A DNA stretch of 64,000 nt, taken from assembly GCA_019057385.1 (NCBI GenBank), contig JAHQJS010000005.1, positions 288,799 through 352,798 on the forward strand, in the 5' to 3' direction. Below, piece after piece: positions 1 through 10,515 of the stretch. The stretch comes from Candidatus Borrarchaeum weybense (GTDB lineage: Archaea; Asgardarchaeota; Sifarchaeia; Borrarchaeales; Borrarchaeaceae). Within the stretch, counting starts at the first letter, position 1; each line of letters starts with the position of its first letter. Below the pieces are notes generated by a model that was not told the origin of the DNA, searched no databases, and was given only the letters and a program-made list of their open reading frames with translations. The position numbers were made by a program, and so were the translations under genes.

Positions 1-1001
1 TTATACACTAGTTTTTTATCTTTATTGCCAACCTTTTTATCGATAACGGCATTATAGCCCATTTTTGCAGTAGGTTTAAAGACATAGAACTGATCAGGAT
101 TTACGGTGCCCTGTACGACATACTCGCCTAGACCCCATGTTCCTGTGATGTAAACCACGTCTCTGAATCCAGAATCTGTGTCTAAGGTAAAAATAACTCC
201 ACTGGAAGCAAGATCAGAACGAGCCATCTGTTGTACACCGACCGATAGAGCTATGGAAAAGTGATCAACGGCATTTATAATATGTTTATGATATTCTGCT
301 TTTTCTAAATTGCCTTGTCTTTCGGCTTCTAAACTTTTAAGTCTCTGTAAGTGCATTTGATCCTCTCGATAAGAGATGGCACGATTAGTGAAAAGACTAG
401 CGAAGCATTCTTTTACTTTTTCAAGGATATTATCTTCTTTTGTGACATTAAGGAACGTTTCCTGTTGGCCAGCAAATGACGCTTCTGGGAGATCTTCAGC
501 AGTTGCGGATGATCTAACCGCGCAGTCAACATTAGTAGTTCCTAGTGTTGCATTTAGTTTTTTGTACGCTTCAGCAATAGCGTATTTGATGTCATCAGGT
601 ATTTCTGATTGAATAATTCTCAAGCGGATATTATGTCCAACTTCTTGAAGCGTTTCAACGAACTCTTTCTGCTTTTCTTGGAAGATCACAGTGAGAAGTT
701 TAACCTCGCCAAAATCTTCATCAGCTTCGGCTTCTTTGATTTTCGACTCTACATCGTCTTTAGCTTCGAGTGTTACTTGAACTCTCTTAATTTCTGAGGC
801 AATGAAATCTTTAAGACCTGTGGATTCAATAAAGGTTCGATATGCGTGTGATGTGACTGCAAAGCCTGGAGGTATAGGGACATTAACTTTTTGAATCATT
901 TCTCCAAGGCTAGCATTTTTACCACCCACAAGAGCGAGATCTTCATTTGTTATTTCATTGAAAAAGAGAACATAACGTTTTTCTTTATCAGTCATAGTCA
1001 T
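1..1001 (-). CDS. ppsA: Phosphoenolpyruvate synthase, N-terminal part (runs off the left window edge)
   Basis: Not in the ORF track. Manual translation gives MTMTDKEKRYVLFFNEITNEDLALVGGKNASLGEM...AVRSSATAEDLPEASFAGQQETFLNV; GGAGG SD at 1011-1015 (- strand). Confidence 0.95.
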   Translation of the reverse strand, partial: MTMTDKEKRYVLFFNEITNEDLALVGGKNASLGEMIQKVNVPIPPGFAVTSHAYRTFIESTGLKDFIASEIKRVQVTLEAKDDVESKIKEAEADEDFGEVKLLTVIFQEKQKEFVETLQEVGHNIRLRIIQSEIPDDIKYAIAEAYKKLNATLGTTNVDCAVRSSATAEDLPEASFAGQQETFLNVTKEDNILEKVKECFASLFTNRAISYREDQMHLQRLKSLEAERQGNLEKAEYHKHIINAVDHFSIALSVGVQQMARSDLASSGVIFTLDTDSGFRDVVYITGTWGLGEYVVQGTVNPDQFYVFKPTAKMGYNAVIDKKVGNKDKKLVY

Positions 1002-1015
1002 TAGGGTTTTCCTCC

Positions 1016-1047
1016 AGTTAGAAGGGATGAAAGTTAGAAGGGATGAA
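1016..1047. repeat. 16-bp perfect tandem duplication AGTTAGAAGGGATGAA x2
   Basis: Read directly, just upstream of the ppsA SD. Confidence 0.85.
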
Positions 1048-1138
1048 AGATGAAAATAAAGAAGACCTTTAATTACTTATATATTTTTTATCCAAAAAAA
1101 ATAGTCTGAAGTAATTAAGTGGATTTTAGGGAGGTTTT

Positions 1139-1540
1139 TTGTTGAATAAGGAAAACAACCTAGATTTCGAAACCAAACATCTCCCCATCAATTACGATAC
1201 ATTAGCACCTGATAGATCGGAAATTCGACTTCTACTAACAATGAGAGGTGGAAGTATAGTGCATTGTACACTACCACCACAAGAAATATCAGTGGCTGTA
1301 TGTCATAAAACCGTTGAAGAAGTCTGGTATTTTATCGAAGGTCACGGCGAAGTTTGGCGGAAACAGGGACAACGAGAGGAAATTGTCGAAGTCAAGAATG
1401 GCGTCTGTATTACAATCCCCACAGGCACCCATTTTCAGTTCCGCAACACAAGAAGTGAACCATTAAAATTTTTAATAACAACTATGCCGCCTTGGCCGGG
1501 CGAAAATGAAGCTGTTAGAGTTAAAAATCATTGGAAATAA
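1139..1540 (+). CDS. Cupin domain protein (mannose-6-phosphate isomerase-like)
   Basis: HKTVEEVWYFIEGHG and IPTGTHFQFRN cupin motifs; TMPPWPG. Confidence 0.85.
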   Translation: MLNKENNLDFETKHLPINYDTLAPDRSEIRLLLTMRGGSIVHCTLPPQEISVAVCHKTVEEVWYFIEGHGEVWRKQGQREEIVEVKNGVCITIPTGTHFQFRNTRSEPLKFLITTMPPWPGENEAVRVKNHWK

Positions 1541-1572
1541 CATCTGATTTTAAATAAAAAAAATAAAAGGAG

Positions 1573-1935
1573 TTATTTATTGAAAGACTCGTGAAGAGTC
1601 TTAAGCAACTCATATGCTCTAAAGAAATACTCGAAGATTGTTTCGAGTTGATGATGTTCAGCCATCCAGAACACTGTTTGCCATGCTAAAACTACGTCAT
1701 GAAGCGCTAGTTCAGGAAATTTCGACCGATACTTTGCTACATTTTCGAAGAGCGGATATAGCTTGAGTATAGGAAATTTAACGGCAAAACACTTCCGTTC
1801 AGATGCTGTAAACTGTGCAGCAGGCGATGTGAGTTGTTTTCTTACGCGCTCAACTGCAGAATAGAATTGCGATAACGTTGTAAAGAAATCAAGATGATCA
1901 ACGTTATGGTTTTCTTGCATTTGAGATTCTATCAT
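1573..1935 (-). CDS. Hypothetical protein
   Basis: 120-aa ORF filling the intergenic space, no motif recognised. Confidence 0.6.
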   Translation of the reverse strand: MIESQMQENHNVDHLDFFTTLSQFYSAVERVRKQLTSPAAQFTASERKCFAVKFPILKLYPLFENVAKYRSKFPELALHDVVLAWQTVFWMAEHHQLETIFEYFFRAYELLKTLHESFNK

Positions 1936-2157
1936 TATAGATCCTTACCATTAATTGTTTTTATTCTCTGAAAATTGAATTCCGAAAACATTTATTTTCT
2001 TTTTGATGTTTGAGCATTTAAGAATACCCAATTTGGCATCTTTTTTATTAAATAAAGAAAATGATTTATGCTTGATATATATTATGGAACTTCAATACGT
2101 ATGTCTATATAGGCATATAGATTCGTTGAGATATCTTGAACTCTAAGACAGATATTT

Positions 2158-3486
2158 TTAATGGTATCGTTTATAAGCAGTTCCAAAATTCTTACCAGCG
2201 TATTCTGAATTTTCTTTAAGTTCATCTTCGATTCGAAGCAGTTGATTGTACTTAGCTGTTCTATCACTTCTGCATGGTGCACCTGTTTTAATTTGACCAC
2301 ACGAGAGCGCAGTACAGAGATCTGCGATGAAAGAATCTTCTGTTTCTCCGGATCGATGGCTTACAACTACACCCCAATTATTCTCATAAGACATTTTAGC
2401 TGCAGCTATAGCTTCGGAAAGTGTACCTATTTGATTTACTTTAAGAAGAAGGCAGTTTCCAGCATCAAGATCAATTGCTGTTTTAAGTCGTTTTAGGTTT
2501 GTAACCGTTAGGTCGTCAGTAACTACTTGAAGGGATGGTTGTGCTTTAGATAGTTCAGCAAAGCTATTATAGTCATTTTCATCAAAAGGATCCTCAAGGC
2601 TAGCTATAGGATAAGTTTCTACAAGTTCTGAATAGATTTCCAACAATTCCACTGCTGTTAGGTTCTTTTCATCGATCTGATATACACCATTTTCGAAGAA
2701 CTCACTAGCAGCCGCGTCCATGGCTAAAACAAAATCGGATTTTGGCCTATATCCTGCTTCTTCAATGGCAGTAATAAGGGCATCTAGGGCATCAGTTGTA
2801 AATGTCATAGGTGGAGCCATACCACCTTCATCACCAACATTGCGAGCGATTGGTCCGTATTTTTTCGTCAGAACTACTTTAAGTGCCTGATATACTTCGC
2901 TTACGCCTTGAATTGCGTTTCTAAACGTCTTGAAATTAATAGGCATAATCATGAATTCTTGAATGGCTAAGTCATTGCCAGCGTGCTCTCCTCCATTAAT
3001 TACATTCGAGAGTGGGGTGGGTAACAAGAATTGTCCTTCCGTTTCAGAACTTGAAGTCTTTATGAGTTCTTTAAGATAGACGTAAAGTGGCTTAGAGTAA
3101 GAAAGTGCAGCAACACGACTTACTGCCATAGACACTGCAAGAATGGCGTTTGCTCCTAAATTTCCTTTATTTTCAGACCCATCTAACTCTATCATTATGT
3201 CATCAATCGTTTCTTGTTCTCTAGCGTCCATACCAATGACTTTTGGAGCTATGATTTCGTTTATGTTCTTTAGGGCTTTTAGAACCCCTTTTCCTCTAAA
3301 CGCTTTTTCCTTATCACGTAGTTCGACGGCTTCATGTTCACCTGTCGACGCTCCAGAAGGAACTGCACCTCTTCCAACGGATCCGTCACGAGTAATTACA
3401 TCAACTTCAACAGTTGGATTCCCCCTTGAGTCAAGAATCCATCTTGCTTTAATATCGCTAACTATAAATGCATCCATTTTATTCAC
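2158..3486 (-). CDS. eno: Enolase
   Basis: ILDSRGNPTVEVD, VPSGASTG, VGDEGG, SHRSGETED, KYNQLLRIE. Confidence 0.99.
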   Translation of the reverse strand: MNKMDAFIVSDIKARWILDSRGNPTVEVDVITRDGSVGRGAVPSGASTGEHEAVELRDKEKAFRGKGVLKALKNINEIIAPKVIGMDAREQETIDDIMIELDGSENKGNLGANAILAVSMAVSRVAALSYSKPLYVYLKELIKTSSSETEGQFLLPTPLSNVINGGEHAGNDLAIQEFMIMPINFKTFRNAIQGVSEVYQALKVVLTKKYGPIARNVGDEGGMAPPMTFTTDALDALITAIEEAGYRPKSDFVLAMDAAASEFFENGVYQIDEKNLTAVELLEIYSELVETYPIASLEDPFDENDYNSFAELSKAQPSLQVVTDDLTVTNLKRLKTAIDLDAGNCLLLKVNQIGTLSEAIAAAKMSYENNWGVVVSHRSGETEDSFIADLCTALSCGQIKTGAPCRSDRTAKYNQLLRIEDELKENSEYAGKNFGTAYKRYH

Positions 3487-3789
3487 CTACAACAATTTTG
3501 CATTAATGGATTAATTGAGTTTTTAAAGAATATTAAAGTGCTTGTATAAAAGCTTGACCGAGAAATTTAAGAAAGATATTGGAGAAATTTTTTTATAAGG
3601 TAAGAGATCCTGTCATGCGACAATGATTTATGAGCCTTTAATAAGTGATTTGTCTATATACGTCTTTATTAATAAATTAAAAAAGAACATCTTACGGTAG
3701 ATGACTGAAGAGGATATTCAACTTCACATAATAAATGCTCCATCACAGCATGCATTTGTTTGAAAGTGTAAGGAGGCATTTTAGAACCT

Positions 3790-4317
3790 ATGAATCTGTT
3801 GCAGAACGATAAAAATGAAGGGGCTGAATCTGCAATTAAGGAAGAGGCTACAATAATTATACGCCCGTATACTCAAAAGGACCTTCCATCAATTTATGAA
3901 ATAGAAAAAAATTGCTTTTCAGAAAGTGAAAGATATACAAGACAGCATTTAGAAATGTTAGGAGATTTTAAACGTTATTTCTTTCTTGTAGCACAAGAAA
4001 ATGAAGGATCTTCTATTATAGGATACTGTATTGGAGTTCTTAAATCGTCTAGAGAAGGAACCGTAGGCCATATCATTTCTGTTGCGGTTCATCCAAATAA
4101 TAGACGTCTAGGTATAGGTTTAGAACTTATTAACGAACTTATTACACAATTAAAAAATGCTGGTGCTACCAGCTTTCGCTTAGAAGTGAAAATGACAAAC
4201 AAGGCTGCAAGGGAAATGTATCGTAAATTAGGGTTCAACTATGTACATATACTGCGCAATTACTACGGAGATGGAAAAGACGCTATTGTAATGAAGATGA
4301 TGGGGAATAATGGTTGA
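3790..4317 (+). CDS. rimI: RimI/Ard1-like N-acetyltransferase (GNAT)
   Basis: GHIISVAVHPNNRRLGIG, LEVKMTN..A..MYRKLGF, YYGDGKDA. Confidence 0.85.
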   Translation: MNLLQNDKNEGAESAIKEEATIIIRPYTQKDLPSIYEIEKNCFSESERYTRQHLEMLGDFKRYFFLVAQENEGSSIIGYCIGVLKSSREGTVGHIISVAVHPNNRRLGIGLELINELITQLKNAGATSFRLEVKMTNKAAREMYRKLGFNYVHILRNYYGDGKDAIVMKMMGNNG

Positions 4318-4769
4318 TAAAAATGAACATTGAGATAAAAAAGGCGGATGATGACGATAGAATAGGCCTAAGAGCAATTCTAAAATACTCATTTGATACT
4401 TTGAGTTCATTAGACACCTTAGAACTAGATTTGTATATAGATGGTCAAACCCGTCCTTGTCAATGGTTTGTAGCACGATCAAGTCAGGGACACGTAATTG
4501 GATGTATTAATGCGTCGACACGATCCAATGAAGGTTATATTAACTCACTTTCTGTTATAGAGGGATTTAGAGGACATGGTATTGGTTCAATGCTTGTGCA
4601 GGAAGCATGTGAATTTTTGAAAACTGATGGCTGCAATTCTGTTTTTCTTTATGTTCGTCCAACAAATGAAGGTGCTCAAGTTTTCTATGAGAAGCTTGGT
4701 TTCACTAATTGTGGCTTGACAAAAAGTCAGACACTTGAAGATGTAGTAATGTTACGTAAGATGATTTAA
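4314..4769 (+). CDS. GNAT family acetyltransferase
   Basis: FRGHGIGSML acetyl-CoA motif; N..AQVFYEKLGF. Confidence 0.85.
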   Translation: MIKMNIEIKKADDDDRIGLRAILKYSFDTLSSLDTLELDLYIDGQTRPCQWFVARSSQGHVIGCINASTRSNEGYINSLSVIEGFRGHGIGSMLVQEACEFLKTDGCNSVFLYVRPTNEGAQVFYEKLGFTNCGLTKSQTLEDVVMLRKMI

Positions 4770-4778
4770 ATTATAGTT

Positions 4779-7439
4779 TCATACAAAATCAAGAAGTGTT
4801 GTTTTTTTCCCCCTCCCTCGTAACTCATCAAGACTAACATCAACACCAAATTTTGAAGCTGCCCCTAAAACTTCATTTATATATTGTTCTCTGTCTATTT
4901 CTTCACCATCTATCAGTGTCGGATGTCTAGCGCGCTTATATTGAGGTCCCTCTCCTTTGAGAACGATATAAGGAAATTTAGAAATCTTTCGCCACTCTTT
5001 TTCGGGATCAAGGCCATATGAATTACAATAATGCAAAAATGCGCCAACAGCTGGTGTGATTGATTTATACTTTTTTGGCGCTTTACTAATAGGAGCGTAT
5101 TGAATCAGATCATTTTTTATAACTTTGATTGGGCTTTCTAATAGGGTACGACACTCTTTCAAAACAAATTGTTTTGCTTTCTCCAAGGCCTCTGCCTCAC
5201 TACTACGAAGGAGAATATCAATTACATTAAGTTGAACTCTTTTCGCAAATTCTGTCCAATCCCCTCGAATCGCTTCAAAACCCTTGACCTTCAGTTCTCC
5301 ACTTAGAGCACTTACATAACCATAGGCTTTTTTTCGTTCAGCCTGAAATGCAATCCGAAATGCAATATCATCAAGTTCAAGTTGCATTCCTTTAGGCAAT
5401 TTAGAACCAAGAAAGTCTAGCAAATGATCAATACTTGTATAAGTATCTTTTTCTACAGATTTTAGTTCCTTGTGCGATATTTTTTCTTTTTTTGATCGCA
5501 TTGTAAGATTATAAAGCTGTTCAAATGATCTGTCGTCCCCAAAACTGACGAAAATAGAGTCCGTATCTCCATAGACAACTTCAAAGTGCGTTCCATTAAT
5601 TTCATTGTATTGCTTAATTAGTTCAACAAGATTTGTTAGATGTTGACGTCCGAGCGAAGTAATGGCCTTAGCAACATGGAGTATGTAAAACCTGCCGAAA
5701 ACTGATCCGATAGTACCATATAATGCATTTGCAACTAGTTTAAGCATAGATTGCCGTCGATCGATATTCTTAAGATCTTCTTGAAGATTGAAATACGTAT
5801 CAGTTTTATCCTTCTGCTCAATTTTCATTTCAATAAGCGTCTTTTCAAGTTCCTGTTTCTGTTGTTTAAGTTGATATCTATAAGAAAGAATATATTCTTC
5901 CATTTCAGCAAGAACTGATCTTGGTTTCTTCAAGAATTCAAAGGAGCCGTCAGATTTACTGCTGAATGTTTCGCCACCAACATTGTAAGAAATTATGATC
6001 GAAGGATATAGAGATCGAAAATCTAGAATTACAACATCTTTGAAGAAAGTTCCCTTAGGGTCAATAACCAAGCCACCCTTTAGACCGTCTTCTTCTTTCA
6101 TTTTTTGTCTTTGACGCGTTTCATCAGGCACAGAACTGTTAGGAATGAGAACATTTTTTTGAACACATTTACGCATGAGTTCAAGTTCACCTTGGTTTCT
6201 TTCGGTTGCGTACATAGCTTCTGCAGGGGGAAATCCGACAATTCGAATAAGCTCCAAAATATTTTCTAGTTCTAATTCCCACCAGAGTCTATAGGTAAGT
6301 ATTGAATCTGTTTCAGAATAGTCAGTAAAGGTCTTCAAGGATTCTTTATCGTTTTCTAAAACACCTTTTGCCCATAGTTGTCCAACAGATTCTTTAAGTT
6401 CAATTTTAGATGCTCCAAGTAATTTTTGAGCAACATCGCCTAGACCTCTTCGTCCTGAGTCGGTCGTAATTTTGCCTGTCTTTTTTATTATGTCACAAAC
6501 AACCCGACCTTTCATTCGGTGCGCTCTTATCCTTCCAGAATAACGGAGTGGATCATTATCAAGTAAAGATAGAGGGGTAGTAGAGAGTTTTAACTTCCCT
6601 GCACGATCAATGATGTATGGAAAGTCGAACGCATCTACATTATAACCGATCACTATATCTGGTTGAATTTCTCGGAAAAGTGTGAAAAACTCATTTAGCA
6701 GTTTTTTCTCTGCTTTATCAGAATCCTCCTTTAAACAAAAAACATGAGTCTTATAATTATCTTGGTTTGTGCCCCAGCATATGGAGATTGCGATAATCCG
6801 TCGATTTTTTTCTTTCAACTCATCAATTTCAACTATATTACGATCATCAACTTCAATATCAAGAGCAAGGTATGTGAGTTTCCTGAAACGCAATAGGTCA
6901 GTATCTGAAGGATGAATGTGTTTTGTTTGAGATCTGAGGATGTAACCTCCGGCCTTTTCATGATCTTTAATTGCTGAATCGATATGAATAATATTGAGAC
7001 CTCTTAAACTTGTGTCGATAAGAAAACGTTTGACAAAAGGAATATCAGATTCAAAATGCTCAATATTGTTTTTTTCGAGGAGTTCACGAATTTTGGGTAC
7101 TTCCCATGGGCGTTTTCCCACAAGTTTTAGAAGTTCAACTGCTTCTCCACCATCATATTTAATCTTAGTAAGCTTTTCAGTTGAAACCAGCCAATCATTG
7201 AGTAACTGATTTTCCTTCAAACTATCATACAACAGTCCTTTCTTCTCAAGAGGTATGAAGATGTACGGTAGAAAATCATCAATTTGAAGCAATACAGGAA
7301 TGCCTTCAGATGTTCTTCCAAAAATTCGCACCAAAGGTTTATCTTCAGCCTTTTCATAATCAATATCTGTCATATAAAGGTCAAAATCTTTCGTTTTCAT
7401 ATTAAACAGCCTCTTGAAACCAAGGAAATGGCTTTGCAT
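4779..7439 (-). CDS. polB: Family B DNA polymerase with 3'-5' exonuclease
   Basis: ExoI DIE, ExoII GYN..FDFPY, ExoIII YxxxD; DFRSLYPSII, K..ANALYG, YGDTDS all intact. True start may be slightly downstream. Confidence 0.97.
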   Translation of the reverse strand: MQSHFLGFKRLFNMKTKDFDLYMTDIDYEKAEDKPLVRIFGRTSEGIPVLLQIDDFLPYIFIPLEKKGLLYDSLKENQLLNDWLVSTEKLTKIKYDGGEAVELLKLVGKRPWEVPKIRELLEKNNIEHFESDIPFVKRFLIDTSLRGLNIIHIDSAIKDHEKAGGYILRSQTKHIHPSDTDLLRFRKLTYLALDIEVDDRNIVEIDELKEKNRRIIAISICWGTNQDNYKTHVFCLKEDSDKAEKKLLNEFFTLFREIQPDIVIGYNVDAFDFPYIIDRAGKLKLSTTPLSLLDNDPLRYSGRIRAHRMKGRVVCDIIKKTGKITTDSGRRGLGDVAQKLLGASKIELKESVGQLWAKGVLENDKESLKTFTDYSETDSILTYRLWWELELENILELIRIVGFPPAEAMYATERNQGELELMRKCVQKNVLIPNSSVPDETRQRQKMKEEDGLKGGLVIDPKGTFFKDVVILDFRSLYPSIIISYNVGGETFSSKSDGSFEFLKKPRSVLAEMEEYILSYRYQLKQQKQELEKTLIEMKIEQKDKTDTYFNLQEDLKNIDRRQSMLKLVANALYGTIGSVFGRFYILHVAKAITSLGRQHLTNLVELIKQYNEINGTHFEVVYGDTDSIFVSFGDDRSFEQLYNLTMRSKKEKISHKELKSVEKDTYTSIDHLLDFLGSKLPKGMQLELDDIAFRIAFQAERKKAYGYVSALSGELKVKGFEAIRGDWTEFAKRVQLNVIDILLRSSEAEALEKAKQFVLKECRTLLESPIKVIKNDLIQYAPISKAPKKYKSITPAVGAFLHYCNSYGLDPEKEWRKISKFPYIVLKGEGPQYKRARHPTLIDGEEIDREQYINEVLGAASKFGVDVSLDELRGRGKKTTLLDFV

Positions 7440-7658
7440 GTATTATATGAGCATATACACAAGGATAAAAGCTGTGCTAACCTCAAGTCAAAAATATTTG
7501 ATATCCCCTCTTGTCATTAATTTATTCTCATTTTCTTTTAAAAAGTCAATTATGATATCACAAACTTGCAAAGATAAAAATAAAAAAAGAAATCTTTCCT
7601 GGATATTAAGCCCTGCTTAGAGTTTCAAGAATTTTCTATGACCTGCCAAGGCTTTCAA

Positions 7659-7880
7659 TTAGCATGAACTATGCTTAATAGCCTCGTTTGGACAGGATAC
7701 GACACAAGTGCAACACTCCGTGCAATCATCGATATTAGTTGGAACAGCTTTTTCATCTATTAATTCATATACCTCGACAGGACAGTTGTCAACGCAATCA
7801 CCAACACCAGCACACAAGTCATAATCAATTGTAATAGTTACACCTACTTCTTCGCTTTTCCATTCTGGCATATATACCAC
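7659..7880 (-). CDS. Ferredoxin (2x[4Fe-4S] type)
   Basis: CAGVGDCVDNCP and CTECCTCVVSCP. Confidence 0.9.
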   Translation of the reverse strand: MVYMPEWKSEEVGVTITIDYDLCAGVGDCVDNCPVEVYELIDEKAVPTNIDDCTECCTCVVSCPNEAIKHSSC

Positions 7881-7963
7881 CCACTCTAATTCAACAGAAA
7901 CAAATATGTCGCGTATATCTATATATAGCTATTCAGTATCCATATCCCACAAATACACTATCG

Positions 7964-8671
7964 TTAAAGAGATAGCAGCTTTCGGAATACACCAAGTAAA
8001 GTATGGCACTCTCGTCCTGAAATGAATGCCCTTCCGATTATATTTCTGAATATTCTTTCTGCTATCGGACGTTTAGCATCCATAAATCTGATTTTCTCCA
8101 ATAACTTTGAGAAATACTCAAAGAGTTTATCTTTTTCAATTTGACTTGCTGCCCGAAATCGTGCGTTCTTTCGTCCCTTTTTTAATCGAAAAATAGAATA
8201 TAAAATAATGGCGGCGGCTTGTGCGATATTTAGTGTTGGGTATTCACTATCTGATGGAATTGTGACAACTACATCACAACTGTTTAGTTCTTCATTAGTA
8301 AGTCCTGTTCCCTCTCGCCCAAATATGATTGCTGTCTTTCCACTCAAGTCAATCATCAACTGTAACTCCTCAGGATGAACTGTTACTCTCAGGGGATTGG
8401 AGATTCCACTGGCAGCGATTGCTGTTGTTCCAACTACTGCATCAACATCAGTAAGCGCTTCTTCTAGACTTGTAGCGATTTTAATCTCCTTAAGAAGTTC
8501 TTTTGCGTGCATTGCGAATCCATACGCAGTCGTAAGTTTGTTTAAATCTAGCTTTGGATTCACTAAATAGAGTTCACGGAAACCAAAATTCCCCATTAGA
8601 CGACAAATCGAGCCAAGGTTGATTTCGCCCGCGATTTCGACGATTACGATTCTAATTTGCATGAGCTTCAC
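7964..8671 (-). CDS. trmJ: TrmJ/SpoU-family tRNA/rRNA 2'-O-methyltransferase
   Basis: NLGSICRLMGNFG, IFGREGTGLTNEEL, YPTLNIAQA. Confidence 0.9.
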   Translation of the reverse strand: MKLMQIRIVIVEIAGEINLGSICRLMGNFGFRELYLVNPKLDLNKLTTAYGFAMHAKELLKEIKIATSLEEALTDVDAVVGTTAIAASGISNPLRVTVHPEELQLMIDLSGKTAIIFGREGTGLTNEELNSCDVVVTIPSDSEYPTLNIAQAAAIILYSIFRLKKGRKNARFRAASQIEKDKLFEYFSKLLEKIRFMDAKRPIAERIFRNIIGRAFISGRECHTLLGVFRKLLSL

Positions 8672-9852
8672 TTGATATAAACCTGGATGACATCTGCATC
8701 TTCTAACGTGTGTGTAAGTCCTACTTGTGTGCCTGAATGTTTTACCGATGTGCCCCAGACCTTAGCATGCTTGAAGTGTTGAAAAAAATCTTTATGAAGC
8801 ATTTTCGTTAGCCCTTCAACTGTTGTGTTTTTTCGCAAAACCATAGGTCTTTTAGCTACGCCCTTTTCATCTTTCGTATAGACTCTAATCAAGCCGAGGG
8901 AGTGAAATATTCTCGGAGGGAGAATCTTGACGTTTCTCATACCTTCTTCATTCATAACGCTAGTGGGTACAATCAACGGGAATCGTTTTGCAATCGGACG
9001 GTTTTTCAATCTGTCAAAATTCTCTGCAGATCCCTTTACATCACCCTTTGTACAAATAATAATACCAGTCAAGTAGATGATACTTCTATCGAGTGTTTCG
9101 ACGATATCTTCAAGCTTAATTTTTCCAGAGATCGTTACAACGGCATTATGGATCCCTTGTTCAAAGAGAAGTTGCACAACGTCCTGTTTTTCGTTTTCAA
9201 GAATGCCTATGATTTGGATCCCGCCTGAACCTGTCTTCTTGATTTCCACTGGAGGAGGAATTCTGTTTAGTTTTATTCCAGTGCTATCAAATTCATTTAA
9301 GATAAGTTTAAGCTGCTCAAGAGGGTCTCTCATAAGATCAATAATCAAAATCACTAGATCAGCATTTCTGACGGCTCCTAGAGTTTGTCGTCCCATTACA
9401 CTTTGATTGGCATCTTTAAAAATAGCTGGAACTTCTACGGCTTGAATTTGTACGCCTTCGTAGTCAATCATTCCTGGCGTCAACACAGAAGTTGGAACTC
9501 CGATCTCGGGCTTAGCTGATGTCAAAGCGGCAAGTATTGAACTTTTGCCAGAGGAAGATACTCCGACTAGCACTACTTGAGCATCGCCCTCCTTCTTCAA
9601 GTGAAATTGAACGCCCGTGCCTTTCCTTCTGAGGCGTGCCTCTTCTGATTCTGCCTTTAACTTGCTAAGTTTAGTTTTGAGGGTTTGACGAAGATTATCA
9701 GTTCCTTTGTGATCAGGGATAAGTGATAAATACTCTTGCAGAGTACGAATTTTTTCACTAAGAGTGATGGCATTTTCATACTGCTCTTTTGCTTGCATTG
9801 CTTCGTGGCTTAAGTTTATCGGCATTTTAATCAGCAGGCTTTTGGCTTTCAA
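8668..9852 (-). CDS. DRG/OBG-family GTP-binding protein with TGS domain
   Basis: MPINL, IPDHKGT, P-loop GVSSSGKSS, TKGD, C-terminal TGS (AKVWG.SVK...QVGL.H.LED.D). Confidence 0.9.
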   Translation of the reverse strand: MKAKSLLIKMPINLSHEAMQAKEQYENAITLSEKIRTLQEYLSLIPDHKGTDNLRQTLKTKLSKLKAESEEARLRRKGTGVQFHLKKEGDAQVVLVGVSSSGKSSILAALTSAKPEIGVPTSVLTPGMIDYEGVQIQAVEVPAIFKDANQSVMGRQTLGAVRNADLVILIIDLMRDPLEQLKLILNEFDSTGIKLNRIPPPVEIKKTGSGGIQIIGILENEKQDVVQLLFEQGIHNAVVTISGKIKLEDIVETLDRSIIYLTGIIICTKGDVKGSAENFDRLKNRPIAKRFPLIVPTSVMNEEGMRNVKILPPRIFHSLGLIRVYTKDEKGVAKRPMVLRKNTTVEGLTKMLHKDFFQHFKHAKVWGTSVKHSGTQVGLTHTLEDADVIQVYIK

Positions 9853-9964
9853 TTTGTGGATGTGATCTCAACTTATTAGTTGAAAAATTATTTATTTTCT
9901 AAAAATTATTTGGAGATGTCTTTTGGTTTCTTATAGACTAAAAGAAAATTTAAAATCTTGGTAT

Positions 9965-10456
9965 TTAGAGCGAGATTATCACTTTCTCAGCTTTTTTCCC
10001 AGACATATATTCAATATCGATCCTCCCTATTCCAACTCTTGCCACTGATTTGTCACTGATCTGTTCAGCCATTAGCTTCTCTGGGTTGTCGTCCAACGCT
10101 CTGATCATAACTTTCAGAGCACGCTCTTTCTCTTCTTTATCTTCGATGAAAGTTATCGTGCCCTTAAACTGTGTTGCTGCATAGAGATGGTCGCATGCTC
10201 CTTGAACATAGCCTTTGTCTAGCAAAGCTTGCCCCCAAACCACATTATTGCTGTTGAGAATGTCGATCTTTTTTCCTTCTTTAGCACAGTGGAAGTAGAT
10301 ACAGTGACGATCTCTGTCATAACCGTAACTAAGTGTAACAAGGTATGGTTCATTATCTTTGCACATCGCGATAGTTATGTATTGAGTTGTTTCAAGAATT
10401 TTAATCATCTCATCTGTGTCAGTGATCTCTTTCTCTTTTCTTCTAATGCCTCTCAT
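9965..10456 (-). CDS. Pyridoxamine 5'-phosphate oxidase-like FMN-binding (NimA-like) protein
   Basis: RRKEKEI, PYLVTLSYGY, IYFHCAKEGKK. Confidence 0.85.
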   Translation of the reverse strand: MRGIRRKEKEITDTDEMIKILETTQYITIAMCKDNEPYLVTLSYGYDRDRHCIYFHCAKEGKKIDILNSNNVVWGQALLDKGYVQGACDHLYAATQFKGTITFIEDKEEKERALKVMIRALDDNPEKLMAEQISDKSVARVGIGRIDIEYMSGKKAEKVIISL

Positions 10457-10515
10457 TAAATAAGACCTCTTTTAGACAATTTAGATTGTCAATTTGAATT
10501 ATGAATTCTCAAGTA

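Noticed and set aside
376-797. Plus-strand ORFs 376-612 and 609-797
   Set aside because: Antisense to ppsA
4779-7439. Intein in, or inactivation of, PolB
   Set aside because: Normal length with all catalytic motifs contiguous
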